From Emiliania huxleyi CCMP1516 (lineage: Eukaryota): 64,000 nt of DNA. Shown piece after piece: positions 38,295 to 50,675 of this stretch. The notes under the pieces were generated by a model that was not told the DNA's origin, ran no database searches, and worked only from the letters and a program-made list of their open reading frames with translations. The first letter of the stretch is position 1, and each line of letters begins with the position of its first letter. The translations under genes were made by a program, and so were the position numbers. The stretch is from the NCBI RefSeq assembly GCF_000372725.1, contig NW_005201412.1, positions 263,643 to 327,642 on the forward strand, in the 5' to 3' direction.

Positions 38295-39810
38295 ATGCTG
38301 TCCACTTTTGTCGCCTCCTCGCTCAGCCTGTCGGCGCCGATCGGCGTGAGCCGGGTCGCGCAGAGCCGCGTCGGCTGCACGCGCATGTCGGACGACGAGC
38401 CGTGGAACTCCAACGCCCAGTCCTCCACCACGCTCGACAAGAGCACGCTCGAGTGAGCACCACAGCCCGCACTACCCTCTGCCCCTCATGCCGCAGTCGG
38501 TGGGAGGGCGTAGACAGTGGCGGCACCGCCCCCACCGCCGCGCCTCCCGCTCACCAGCGGCGGCTCTCTCCACAGGGCTGCGTACGACGCGGCGATGAAT
38601 GCGCCGGCGCCGGCCGCGGCGGGCGGCAAGCAGGACTTCCTGGAGGCGGAGCCGTACTGGGACCAGTCGACGATCCCGGTCAACACGTACAAGAACAAGG
38701 CGCCCTTTGTCGGCAAGATCGTCTCGACCAAGCGCATCGTCGGCCCCGAGGCGCCACCCGCCGCCGCCGCCACGCGCCCGGGAGAGGGACGGAGAGGGAG
38801 CTAGTGAAAGGGCCGTGGAGTCCGCCCTTGTCCGAGCCCCCGCGGCGCCGCCCTCCGCCCGGCAGGCGACGGGAGAGACGTGCGACGTCGTCATGTCGCA
38901 CGGCGGCAAGATGCCGTACTGGGAGGGCCAGTCGTACGGCGTCATCCCGCCGGGCACCAACCCGAAGAACGGCAAGCCAAACTCGGTCCGCCTCTACTCG
39001 ATCGCCTCCTCGCGGTACGGCGACGACATGACGGGCACGACGACGACCCTCTGCGTGCGGCGGGCAACCTACTGGTGCCCCGAGCTCAAGGCGCGGGGTG
39101 GAGGGGGGAGGGGGGGGCAAGGGAGGGAGGAGGGAGGGGGGAGGGGGTGGGCGGCGAGGGGGCGGCGGGCGGACGGAGCCGCTGGCTCACCGTGGCACCC
39201 CGTGCGCGTCTGTGCGCAGGCGGACGACCCCGCCAAGAAGGGCGTGTGCTCCAACTATCTGTGCGACTCCAAGCCGGGCGACGACGTCAAGCTGACCGGC
39301 CCGTCGGGCAAGGTGATGCTCATCCCGGAGAAGGACCCGAACGTCGACCTCATCATGGTCGCCACCGGCACCGGCATCGCGCCGTACCGCTCCTTCATCC
39401 GCCGCCTCTTCGTCGAGGAGACGCCCTTCGGCGAGGCGTACACCAAGGGGAGCGGGCTCGCCTGGCTCTTCCTCGGCGTCGCCAACAGCGACGCGCTGCT
39501 GTACGACGACGAGTGGCAGTCCGTCCTCAAGGCGCACCCCAAGAACTTCCGGCTGGACTACGCCCTCTCGCGCGAGCAGAAGAACAAGGACGGCGGCAAG
39601 ATGTACATCCAGGACAAGGTCGCGGAGTACTCGGACGAGATCTTCACGCGGATGGACAACGGCGCGCACATGTACTTTTGCGGCCTCAAGGGCATGATGC
39701 CCGGCATCACCGAGATGCTCGAGGGCGTGTGCAAGGAGAAGGGGCTCAAGTGGGAGGACAAGCTGACGCAGTGGAAGAAGGCGGGGCAGTGGCACGTCGA
39801 GGTCTACTAG
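38295..39810 (+). CDS. petH: Plastid ferredoxin-NADP+ reductase; 3 introns
   Basis: Transit-like [15 protein letters not shown]...; [83 protein letters not shown]. Confidence 0.97.
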
Positions 39811-40444
39811 GCGGACGAGGCGACCCCCCTCACCCCCTGGACAGACCGCCGACCCCCGTACACTCTCGTCTCTCCGCCCCCTCTCCGCGCCTTTTCTCCT
39901 CCCCCCCCATCTCCGACGGGAGAGCGTCTCGCATTTGTGCGGCAGTTTATCTCCGGGTCTCTGCGGGTGTGTGGTTGTGGGGCGACAGCGAGAGCGATGA
40001 TGATGTCTGTCGAAAAATACGATTGGGAAGCCGCGGAGAACGACGAAAAACCACCGGCGCCACACCGGGAGGCGGGAGCGGGGTCTCTCACGGGTCACGG
40101 GTCACCGGGGACCGGGGTCAGCGGCTCAGAGTTGCGAGCAGAGACGGCCCCTGACCGGTGGCGGCTGGCGCGGCGTCGGGGTGGGTCGTGCTAGTCACGG
40201 CTCACGGCGCGCGGGCAGTGGGGGCGGGCAGCCTGCAGTGGGGCGTGCTGCGGCACGTACCGGTACGACGTAGCGCAGAGCTCAGTGACTCTCCGCCCGC
40301 GGCGCCGGTGCGGCCCGTGCGGGCCCGCGGCAAGCCGCTGCCCGACACGCTGTGTGCGCTGGTCCGTGGTCGTCGAGCGGCTCGGCTGGCGTTCTCGCTA
40401 TCGAGAGCCTCTCTCTCTCCTATAGGCCTCCTGCCCCGCCCGCC

Positions 40445-43400
40445 CTACTGGCTGCCGGGCTGCACCGACGCGATCGGGACGAGTCGGACGAGGCGTGGCT
40501 CGTACAGCTCCTGGTTGCGCATGTAGACGACGCCCCACAGCATCTGGCTGAGCCACAGCTGGGAGTACTCGTTGGGCACGCAGCTGCGTTGCGGGGTGCG
40601 GTGCGGGGTGGGGGTGTGGGGTGTGGCGCTCGCTGCACAGGCGGGAGGGCGAGGGGCGCTGAGCGAGAGAGAGGGGCGAGGGCTGGAGGCATCCGGGTCC
40701 TTCGGCGAGCGCGGGAGGGGCTAGCAGGGGAGGGGCTAGCAGGGGCGAGGCTAGCAGGGTTCGGGGGCGGGCAGGGGCGGGGGCGGGCAGGGGTCGGGGG
40801 CGGGCCGGGTTCGGGCAGGGTTCGGGGGCAGGCAGGGGCGGGGCGGGCAGGGGCGGGGGCGGTGCGGGGCCGGCGGGGAGAGGGCGCCGCACCGCCGGAC
40901 AGAGACGGGCGGCGGCGGAGGCAGCACGCCCGCGAGGGAGGTGGCGCGCAGCATCCGCCGCACCTAATTAATTAGGGAGGGGGCCTGAATCACCTAACTA
41001 ATTAGGGAGGGGGAGCGCAGCCTCCGCCGCACACCTCGCGAGCACTGGCGGTGCCCGCCGCTCTCGCGCCCGCCGTCCGCGCCTTCGGCTCCACGGCGTC
41101 CAGAAACAAAAAGATGGCCTGCAGCGGCAGCCGTGCCTTCCAGCCCTCTACCCACGCCGCCGTGGCCGCAAACGGCTCAGCAGCGGCTGCATCGGCGTTG
41201 CCGCCGCCCGTGTCGCCTCCGTCGGCCTCCCCCGCGGCGTCGCTGCTCGCCGGCCCGGCACCCTCCCCGCGGGTGCCGTCCGGCTCGAGGGGCTCCTCCG
41301 CCTCGGCCGGCGGCGGCGGCTGCAGGCTCGGCAGCGCTCGCAGCGGTGCGGCGGCGTGGAGGAGGGCGTGGAGGAGGGGCAGGTTGGCGGCGTGGTGGTA
41401 GAGCAGCGAGGAGGAGACGACGGCGAGGGCGGTGATGAGCAGCTCGGGCCGCGCCTCGCCCCCGAAGAGGTAGCTCGGCTGCGCGAGGTCGAGCAGCATC
41501 GCGGTGAGCAGCGCGGCCGCCTCGTCGGAGAGCATCTTGGTGTGCGGCGCCAGGTTGGCGAGCAGCGCGAGGGCGGCGGGGAGGAGGGGCTCGAGCCTCT
41601 CCTTGCCGGCGGAGACGAGCTCGGCCACGCTCGAGAAGAGGAGGTCTGCGATGGAGGGCCCGGTCGGGCGGCTGCCCGGCAGCGGCAGCGCGACGGGGCA
41701 GGGCAGGTTGACGATGGACGAGAAGCCCGGCTCGGCCGAGAGGAGGAGGAGGGAGAGGAGGGAGAGGTGCACCCACGAGTGATGCGCCACGGCGCCGTCG
41801 CCGCTCCAGACCACAACCCAGTAGACGAGGCAGAGGACGACCTCGGCCAGGTCCTCCTGCCGCTGCAGCAGCGCGAGGCGGAAGGCGGCGTTCCTCTCGA
41901 GAAAGCAGTGCAGCAGCAGCAGCAGCTCCTGCTGGCACTGCAGCGCCGCCTGCGCAGACGGCAGGTAGGTGCCCCGCGAGGCGAACCCGTTGCGCAGCAG
42001 CCGCCGGAAGCCAGCCACGAGAAACGCCAGCGTCTCTGGCCGCTGCAGCCCCACGAGCAAGCGGCTGATCCCGTCGTCTCGCCCTTCGCCCACGGCGGCG
42101 GCGCCTCCGCCGCCGCCTCCGCCGCCGCCCGCGCAGCCGCCCGCGCAGCCGCCCTCGCCGCCGCCCTCGCGCGCCAAGGCAGCCGGCGTGCGGGGCGAGA
42201 GCAGCACCATCAGCAGCTGCGACGCCGCGTGCACGACGCCGCGGTGCGAGTCTGGCAGCAGCGAGTGCGCGTACGGGATGCCGTAGCCGACGGGGTCGTA
42301 CGAAAAGATGACCTGCGAGCCAGAGGGGGGCGGGGAGCTGTGAGTGGCGAGGCGTGCCGCGAGTCCGGGGCCTGGCTGCGCGGAGAGCGGACCGAGAGCA
42401 GCGCGCGGAAGAGCGCTTTGCCGAGCGGCGGCGGCGCGTTGACCGCCGCGAGCAGGGCGCGGTTCGGGGCGGCGGCCGAGCCCGCCCCGGCGAGCTGCTG
42501 CGGCGAGAGGAAGAGGGAGGCGGAGCAGGAGACGAGGAGCGCGCGCCTGGGCATGTCCCGGACGTGTCATGGACGGCGTCTCGTGACGGAGGCGGAGCAG
42601 CGGACGAGGAGCCGCGCGCATCGCCGCCTCGCGCGCCTCGTCGGTGGCGGCGGAGGATGCGTCCCACGCGGCGGGCGAGAAGCGCTGCTCCTGGTACACA
42701 CAGGAGGGCCTTGTCGAGAGGAGGGGGCGAGGTGTCGCGTGCTGCGGGCGGCGCGGCACTACTTCCTCACAGGCGAGGAGCGTGAAGCCGGGCACGAAGA
42801 GAGACCGCACCAGAGCGAGGACCAGGCAGCCGCCCAAGTTGAGCGGCGGGGCCTCGGCGGGCAGCGCGGAGGGTGCGGCCGCTGCGGCGCCGGCGGGCGG
42901 CTGGTCGATGCCCTCGACGGGCGAGGCGGCGAGGTCCGTCCAGAGCAGGTGCCGGATGCCTGCGTCGGCGGGATCCTCGAGCAGGAGCGGCATCAGCCTG
43001 GCCACCATCCGCAGCCCGTTCATCAGGCTCACCCGCGCGGCGCCGCCCCGCGACCCCTCGCCGCTCGGCTCGCTCCGCCGCCAGAGCAGCCGCACCAGCC
43101 GGCCGAGCAGCGCCTGCAGGGCAAGGCGCACCGGAAGGTCGAGGACCCGGGCGGTGCCCTCCCGCGCCCGCAGAGGCTGCTCGCCGCGAGCCGGCCCTGG
43201 TTGCACGCGCGGCAGCAGCGGATCTCGCGCGCGGAGAGGGAGCCGCCGCTGAGCGCCGACGAGGCGCCGAGGCCCGCGTCCCAGCTGCGCGTGTGCGCGT
43301 CCTCCACCATGCCCTCGATCGTCTTCATCGACGCCGCAACCTCCTCCCGCCGCGCCGCCACCCGCGCCGCCTCCCCCTCCAGCGCAATCAGCGCCGCCGC

Positions 43401-44543
43401 AGCGACGCCGCCGCCTCCCGCCTCCCCGCCGCCCGCCGCCTCCGCCTCCGCCCCCCCGAACGACGAGCGGCGCGACGAGCCGGCCCCCTCGGCGAGCAGC
43501 GCGTCCACGAGCGCCTCGAGGCACCCCGGCGAGGAGTTGGTGAGGGGGTGGCGAGGAGGGCTGTGTGCGTGCGAGGGCTAGTGGCGGGGGAAGTATCCGG
43601 GAAGTGTCTCTGCTTGGCCAGCGGCGGCTCCGAGGAGAGAGGGGCCAGGGTAGCGGCGAGGGCGAGGGCGGTGTGGTGGGTGGGGCATGGGCGAGGGCGA
43701 GGGCGAGGGCGAGGGCGAGGAGCGCCTTGGCCTCGAGGAGCGGCTTGGTCGGCGCGTCTGCAGGCAAGCGCAAGGTCTTGCCGTCGCCTACTCGCGGCGG
43801 TGCGGGCTGAGCCGGCCGCCCCTCCGCCGCTCTGCCGCTCTGCCGCCCCCCCCCGCCGCGCCTCCCTCGGTGAAGCCCGCCGCACGCATGAGCGACGCGC
43901 CTCCCGGCGCCATCCAGACGCGCTCCTGGAAGAGTGCGCTGGACAACTCGACCCTCCGGAAGGCAGAGTTGGCCTACACGCAGTCTAGGCGGTGACACGA
44001 GGCACGCAACCCCTCCTCCCCGCCGCAGCCAGCGCGGACCGAGTTGGCCGAGAGCGCGTTCCCCAGGTACAGAGCCAGCGCCTGCAGCGTCGAGCGGCGC
44101 GCACCGGCGAGCAGCATCGCCGCAGCCTGGAGCTGGGGCGGCTGACGCGCCGCCCCGACCGGCCCCGCCTCCACCGGCGCTGCGGCGGCCGGGTCCACGA
44201 TCTCGTACTCCTCCTCCACCTCCTCTTCGTCGGTCGGGTCGGTGTCGCCGCCGTCACTCTCGGCAACCTCGCCCTCCTCTTCGTCCTCCTCGTCCGCCTC
44301 GTCGCCCTCCTCCTCGTCGCTGTAGCCGAGCTCCTCGGACGGAGGCTCCCACAGGTCTAGCGCCCGGTTGATGGCCATGATCTGGCCGTAGAGCAGACCC
44401 ATCGGCCGGAGCACGTCGCGCCGCTCCGGCAGCTTGGCGCTCGCGAGGAGGCGGAGGCTGAGCCCCTCCGCCCGCAGCCTCGCCGCGTACTCGGAAGGCA
44501 GCCCCGCCTCCTGGCAGAGCCACTCCTCGCCGCCGGGCGACAT
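40445..44543 (-). CDS. HID1/dymeclin-family protein with N-terminal SAM-like and PUB-like domains; multi-exon
   Basis: HID1 hallmarks: LMNGLRMVARLMPLLLED, SLFVPGFT, IFSYDPVGYGIPY, RLLRN..ASRGTYLP, CQQELLLLL..LERN..F, HLSLLSLLLLSAE.GF, N.PLLHALL, WVEGWKARLPL, TSLAGVLPPPPPVSVRR, WLSQMLWGVVYMRN. N-terminus EWLCQEAGLPSEYAARLRAEG (SAM-like) and LALYLGNAL...FRRVELSSALFQERVWMAPGGASLMRAAGF (PUB-like). Confidence 0.8.
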
Positions 44544-46496
44544 ACACACATACATGCACAAAAAAAGCAAAAAAGAAACGTGATCCGCCCAAAGATTTTT
44601 TTAGGTCATTCACGGGTGTCCGCGGCCCACTGTGCCCGCTGGTAGGACAGTGATCGCCGCAAACCCTGTGGTCAGCTCCATATGATCTCGGATATTTTTT
44701 GTAGGCACCGGAACACCAAAAAACTTCTCTTTCTTCGAGTGATCTGTGATCTGTGAGGGTCCGCCCGCAGGCAGGCGCATTTTGTATACCGAGGCGGTGC
44801 CCGGTGCCGAGCGCAGGCCGGAGCCCACAGGTCGGACCTTGAGACAGCATTGTAGATCCCTGGGCGAGGGTGGTGCTGGTGGAGAGGGCGGTCCGTCGGC
44901 GCCAAACCACCTCCCACCGAGGCGGGCAGGTTCCACGCGTTCCCAGACAGCCCCATTGGAGGTAGACCGCTCGTCTAGCCAATCAGCCTTAAGCGAGCGG
45001 CCTGGCCGTTGGAATGGCCGAGGAGGGGAGCGAGGACGACTGTCTCTGACGGCGAACCTCAGTTACGAGCCGCCCTCCCCTCGAGACGCGAGGCCAGTGC
45101 ACTTGGGGCCAAGCCCCAGCGTGCACCGTCCCACACGCCTCACGCGGCCTCTGGCTGGAGCGGGATCGCAAGCGAATCCCCCAGGCCGGCGCACGTCTTC
45201 CGAGAGAGGAGCAGGAGCGAGGGACCTTCTTAGTTGTCCGGCATGCAGGCGCATGCACGGCCGTTCAGAAATTTTCCCAGCCGTTGGAACGGCTCCGCTC
45301 CTGCCCCTCACCGGGCCGAACGGGTAGTGGGCGTTGGCGCCGAAGAGGGAGGAGTCGCTGAAGGACGGGTAGTCGTCGGTCATGCGGGGGGAGGAGGAGT
45401 CGGCGAGCAGCAGGGAGGAGAAATGCCTGAGAGGGTGGGGAGGGAGGCGTGAGGCGCGAGGTGAGGGGCGTGGGGGCGCGGGGGGCGGGGCGTGCGTGGG
45501 ACGCGCGGCGTGAGGCGCAGGGCGTGAGGCGGGAGGGCGCGGGGGCAAGGAGTTGTGTGTGTGTGTGTCTGTTTGTGTGTGTGTCTGTGTTGGTTTGTTT
45601 CATTGTTTGTGCGAGGGCAGGGCAGGGCAAGGCAGGGCGGCGGCGAGCGGCGAGCGGCGTCGGCGAGATGGATCGGCGACGAAGAGAGGCGATGGTGACA
45701 TACACGTCGGCATTGTTCACGGCAGCAGCGCCGGTGGCGGCCCCGCGCAGCGGCGGCGGCGCCCTGAGTGAGGCAGACTGCCCTGCACAGCCTGCTGGGA
45801 ACGCTCCCGACGAGCGGCGCGCCATGCGAGCCCGCCGCGGGCGACGCGGGCGGCGAACCGACACGCGTGTCGCAGGCGTAGACAGCACTGGCGAAGCGAG
45901 GCGGCTGGCGCCGGCCCCGGAGGCGGCTGCAGTAAGAGCAGCGAGGCAGAAGTCACTGTCCAAGGCGTACTGAGCAAGCTGCCATCGAGCAGCGCGCCAT
46001 GCGGGCCTGCCGCCGGCGACGCGATTGGAGAGCCGACAGGCATCGAAGGGGTAGGTACTGAGGAGGGCCATCGCGCCCGAGGCGGTCCGCGCCGGCCCTG
46101 CAGGCCGTCTCAGAGAGCCTGGCGAGGCTGTACAGAATGCCAAGAGCATACTGAGCAGGCTGCCGTCGAGCGACGAGCCATGCTGGCTCGTCGCAGGCGA
46201 TGAGGTCGAGGAGCCGATCGGAGCGTCGCAGAGGCTGCCGACCAATGCCGTTCGCCCTCGGGCCCAGGGGTGGAAGGCAAGCTTCCTGGCGTTTCTGGCG
46301 AGCGTCCAGACGTCGCAGAGCATCCGGCAGGCGCGCAGCGACCCAAATTTTTGCTCACCGCACGGCCGTGCGAGCCGTCGGTCGGTGGTGATGGTCGGCG
46401 TCGGCGCGCGCCGACCGACGCGGCGGCGGTGGACGTCATGTGGCGGGCGTGGGAAAGAGCATTGTCCGTTGTTTGGTATTGAAAATCTCTCTCCCC

Positions 46497-46607
46497 TTAA
46501 GGTGCTCTACAACCTAGGCACAAAAGATATGGCATTGCAGGCCATTAGGGCCCTTTAGACGATCACTGAGTAGGCCAAAATCCCCGCTGGGCCGGGAGCA
46601 ACCTTAA
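46497..46607. mobile_element. Possible ~100-bp TTAA-flanked mini-element
   Basis: TTAA-ggtgctc ... gagcaacc-TTAA; short imperfect TIR. Confidence 0.35.
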
Positions 46608-48000
46608 AGACAAGTGAGGCGACAAAAACAAAAAGGCGTCGCTCCTGGAGATGTCTGCTCTATTTATTTATTTAGAGGAGGAACTGAGCAGAAATTCTTT
46701 ACGCGAGGAACGCCGAAGCGACAAAAAACACAAAAAACAAAGTGAGGTGAGAGTTGTGAGAGAGAGAGATTTTAAATAATTGCTGCCCCAAGAAAAAAGA
46801 GGGCCAGGTTCCCGAAACACAAGTCGGCCCCGAGCGCAACCCCAGGAACTCGGCGAGAAGAGCGCAACCCTTCCCCAAATGGCATCGAATCATTCCCCCG
46901 TCGACCTCTCCGTGAGTGTCCACTCGAGCCCGTGGCGGTGGTCTGAGAACTGCGCCCGCTTCACCTCGCTTCCCTCTCCGCCCTGCCACTCGTCCGGGCC
47001 GATTGACGAGTATGGCAGCGAATTGAAGGCAAAATCATCAACCTGCTCAGTAATTTTGCCGCAGCACGGCCACAGCAATCACGCCGCACGACGGCCACAG
47101 CAATCACTCCACCTCAAGGCCCACGGCCACCACCACCCCATCCTTCCCTCAGGTCCCATCCCTGCCTCGCTCGGTGATGGGTGACTCTGCGATGGGCCGG
47201 GCGGCCGCCCCCGCCATCGCGGACATCGTCAAGGCCCATTCGGACGAGATGGAGCGCTGTCTAGCTGCTCGGGCGGCGCAGGCGACCCGTGCGCCTTCGC
47301 AGCGGCAAGCAGCGCCGGGAGCGGCCAGCTTGCCCGGCGGCATCGAGTTGCGGCGGTCAGGACTCTCGAGCCTGGTGGGGGCGATGGAGGTGGACTCCGA
47401 GCCTGCCGGCGCATCCTCCGCCTCGCTACCCTCGCCTCCCTCCTCCTCGCCGCCCCTCCCTCGCCGAGCCTCGTCGCTCAAGCGAACCTGCTCGCACCTC
47501 TCTGTCGACGCGACGCCCTTCTACCCGCGCGGCGAGCCGGCGGCGGCGCGCGACGCCTCGCCGCCGCTCTCCCTCACCGCCGAGGAGCAGGCACTGTGAG
47601 ATGAGATCGGCGGGGAATGATGATGCGGCAGAGAACTTGGGATCCACCGAGTTCTTGGCCAGGGTGCATAGCCGAGGCTGGACCTCGGCCGGCGATTCCT
47701 CTGCCCCGACACCCGCTCGCCGATGAGACCTCGCCTTGTTGCCCCCCCCCCCCCCCCCTCTCGCGTGGGCAGGACGAGCGGAACCGCGCCGCCCCCTCCG
47801 ATGCGTGCGAGTACGCGTGCACACCGCCCTACGGGTCTCCGGGCCTGTGGGGCGTCTAGCCGTGACGCCTCTCCTGCCCGGGCACCCCGTCGCGTGCACG
47901 CCACCGCTTCAGTAGCTTCCACGCGCGGCGGGGCCGGCCCAAGGCGGGGTGTTGTCGTTCTTGTTGTAGCGCGCAGCGGGCCGTCGTTGGCGGGTCGTTG

Positions 48001-50675
48001 TAGTGGGGGAAATGGTAATTTTGAAAGTCGCCACTTCAAGTACAAGCCCGGCAAGCTCAGCACTGACTGTGCATTCGTGCACAAAGCAGACACCAGACCT
48101 CGGTTTCCCATCGGGTTTCTGCTGCGGTTTCCCATGGCGCTTGGCGGTGTTTCCCATAGCCGAAAACCCAGGGGTCGGTCGATTTCTGGGATCTGCCTGT
48201 GGGTCTGGTTTCTGCGGTGTGAATACATCTCCCGCTTCGTCCTAATGAGCTCATTCCGGCCAATGAACAGGTGTCCCCCATCCGATTTTTTTCAAGTGGG
48301 AACAGCAAAAAAGCGGCTGCATTGGTTTCTGGTTTCTGGTTTCTGCTTTTTGGTCGCGACTGGTGATGAGTGTCAACGCCGGGTGCGGGTAATCTCGGCA
48401 CGGATCGGCACGTGTGGTAGCGTGCGATGAGGCCTTGCCAGCTCCTGGTGGTGCCCTCAAGATCGCCGCGCGCATTGGCCGCTCCGCCGACGTTGTGATA
48501 GAGCTTCTTTCTGTCTCCAACAGAGTAGATCCAAACACTCTATTGATAGGTGATAGGTACTCAAAACACTCGCACAACGCCTGCTTTCACAGCTCAGCCT
48601 TTCAGGGCTTGGGCATGACAAGCAACGCATCGCAGGCCTCCCTCCCTGCACGTGTCCGTCATGAGGACCGTGCCCTCGCACAATCGGTGCAGGCCAACGT
48701 TTTCCGGCGACGGCCCGCCCGCCGCCGCCCAGCTGCCCGCGCCCTTCTCCTTCTCGTGCTGCGCGATCCACGCGGTGAGGACGCACCTCGAGTACGACAG
48801 GATGCGCTCCTCGATGTGCGCGAGCAGCGCTGCCGACGTGCCGTCGTGCGGCAGTATCGAGAGCCCGCGCAAGCACACGTCCTCGATGGTGCCGTCGAAG
48901 TGCTCGAGCTGGAAGTTGCAGCTAAAGACGGAGTTCCCGAACTTGATCGACTCATCCCAGCCGAACGATATGACGCGCCTGCTCGCCGCGAACTTAAAGG
49001 CGGCCATCGCCTCGCCGGCGATCGTGACCTCGCCGCGCATTCGCTTGCTCTGGCGCGCGCAAGCGGCCGGCACGCCGTGGCCCAGGCACAGCACGTCGAG
49101 CACGTCCTGGATGTTGGCGGAGACGGTGGACGAGGCTACGCCGCGCGCACGCGCGCAAGCTGCGCGTGCCGCAGCCTGCGCAGCTCTGCGGACTCGGCCT
49201 GCCAGCGGCCGTGATCGTCGCGCCGCGGCAGCAAGCCGACGATCGGCGAGCAGCCCGGGCGCGGCGACGGCTCGTCGTCCTCGGACTCGGACTCGTCCTC
49301 AACCCTGAGCTCCTCGACCCGCGCCTTGAGCTCCTTGACCTGGAGCTGCAGCCCAGGCAGCTTCGCCGCGTCGCCCTCGACGGCGCGCGCCCGCTTGCGC
49401 GCCGTCGCCACCTCCGTCTTCTTTACGTCGAGCGCCGCCGCATGCGCGAGGCCGGCGTCCTCGAGCTTCTTGTTTGCCCGCGCGAGCTTCTTTGTCAGCA
49501 TCACCACGCGCACGTAGGCCGCGCGCTCGACGGCCGCGTCGAAGTTCCGCTTGCGCGCGGCGAGCTGCGCCGCCCGCGCCGCCTTCTGGGCCTCAGAGTA
49601 GCCGCGCTGCTGCGCCTCCTTGTACTTGCGCGCATCAGCCCGCTTACGCTCCGCGCGCTTCTTCGCCTTGGCGAGCTTGTCGGCGAAGTCGGCGAGCTGC
49701 GCGCGGCAAATCGCCAGCTCGCGCTCGAGCGCGTTGATCAAGCCGAGAGCCGCGCGCAAGACGGGGCCGCGCCGGTGGATCAGGTCGGCGACGCGCGTCG
49801 CAGCCCACGTTTTGAAGCGCAGCGGCGGCCTCTTGCGCGGCGGCTGCGGCAGCCCGCCAACCCCGCCACTGTCCGGGCGTTTCTTTAGTCCGGAGTGGTA
49901 CGCGTTCAGCGTCTCCTTGTGCCACTTGCCGTCGATGAGCCGCTGAAACGTGTCGTAGTAGCCGGCGGGCGCGGCCGCCGTCGCCCAGCCCGCCCGCTCA
50001 TCCGCAGCCTGCGCGGCGAGAGGCGCCATAGCCGCCGCGGTGTCCTCGGCGCTACTCTCGGTGTGGACGATGAAGAGGGCGAAAATCAGCACCTCCGTGT
50101 CCGTGGCGTCGGCGTGGTGCCGAGCGAAGAACGTGTCGCCCTTGGAGGTGATGGAGGACAGGAGTTTCTCTCCTGCGCAGGCGCGCGAGCGAGCGTGAGC
50201 GCGCCGAGGTCCACTGCGTGTGACTGCACCCGCCGTGGCCGCGCGCAACAGGTCGGCCAGAAAGAGCATCGCCGACGGTCGCCTTGAGGGCCAGGGCGGC
50301 CCCGGGGAAGCCATCCGCCCGAGCTGTGCATACCAAGGTGCTTGGCAGCACTTGGTGGGTTGAGCCGTGTCTCACAGCCCTGGCCGTGAAGAGGTAGCTA
50401 CCGCCCCGGCCTCCGGCGACCCGACGGCCGCCTCCGCGGCGGCGGCGCCCTGCGCGCCCAGCTGCAGCTCCATCGCCAGGGCCAAGCAGTCCACGCCCTG
50501 AGGCCCCCGAGCAGTGCAAACATCCATCGCTTCCATGCCTCGAGGAGCGATCTACCGGTTGTCACCCGCCGTCATCTAGACGCCGAACGAAAACGCCTCT
50601 CATGTCAACCTCTTCGAGATTCAGTTTGGGTTTGGGGCTTGGAATGAATGTTTTAGTGGACCATTTCCCCCACTA
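48001..50675 (-). mobile_element. Defective TIR DNA transposon (hAT-like ends) carrying a disrupted DDE-transposase-like gene
   Basis: Perfect 16-bp TIR tagtgggggaaatggt (48001-48016) / accatttcccccacta (50660-50675). 8-bp flanks ggtcgttg / gctcgttg (7/8). Subterminal GGTTTC repeats at 48100-48345. Confidence 0.8.
48594..50314 (-). pseudogene. Frameshifted, probably truncated transposase-like ORF (coiled coil + ISFGWDES...VLMTDTC)
   Basis: ORFs 49136-50314 and 48594-49103 join in frame if one copy of an 8-bp tandem duplication (49142-49157) is removed. WDES and MTDT resemble the first two catalytic Asp motifs; no third acidic motif was seen. Confidence 0.6.

Noticed and set aside
45063..47599. 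Possible small genes and degenerate HGxxLDGSLLS repeats
   Set aside because: The repeats fall in different frames, and no coherent gene model or family could be derived.
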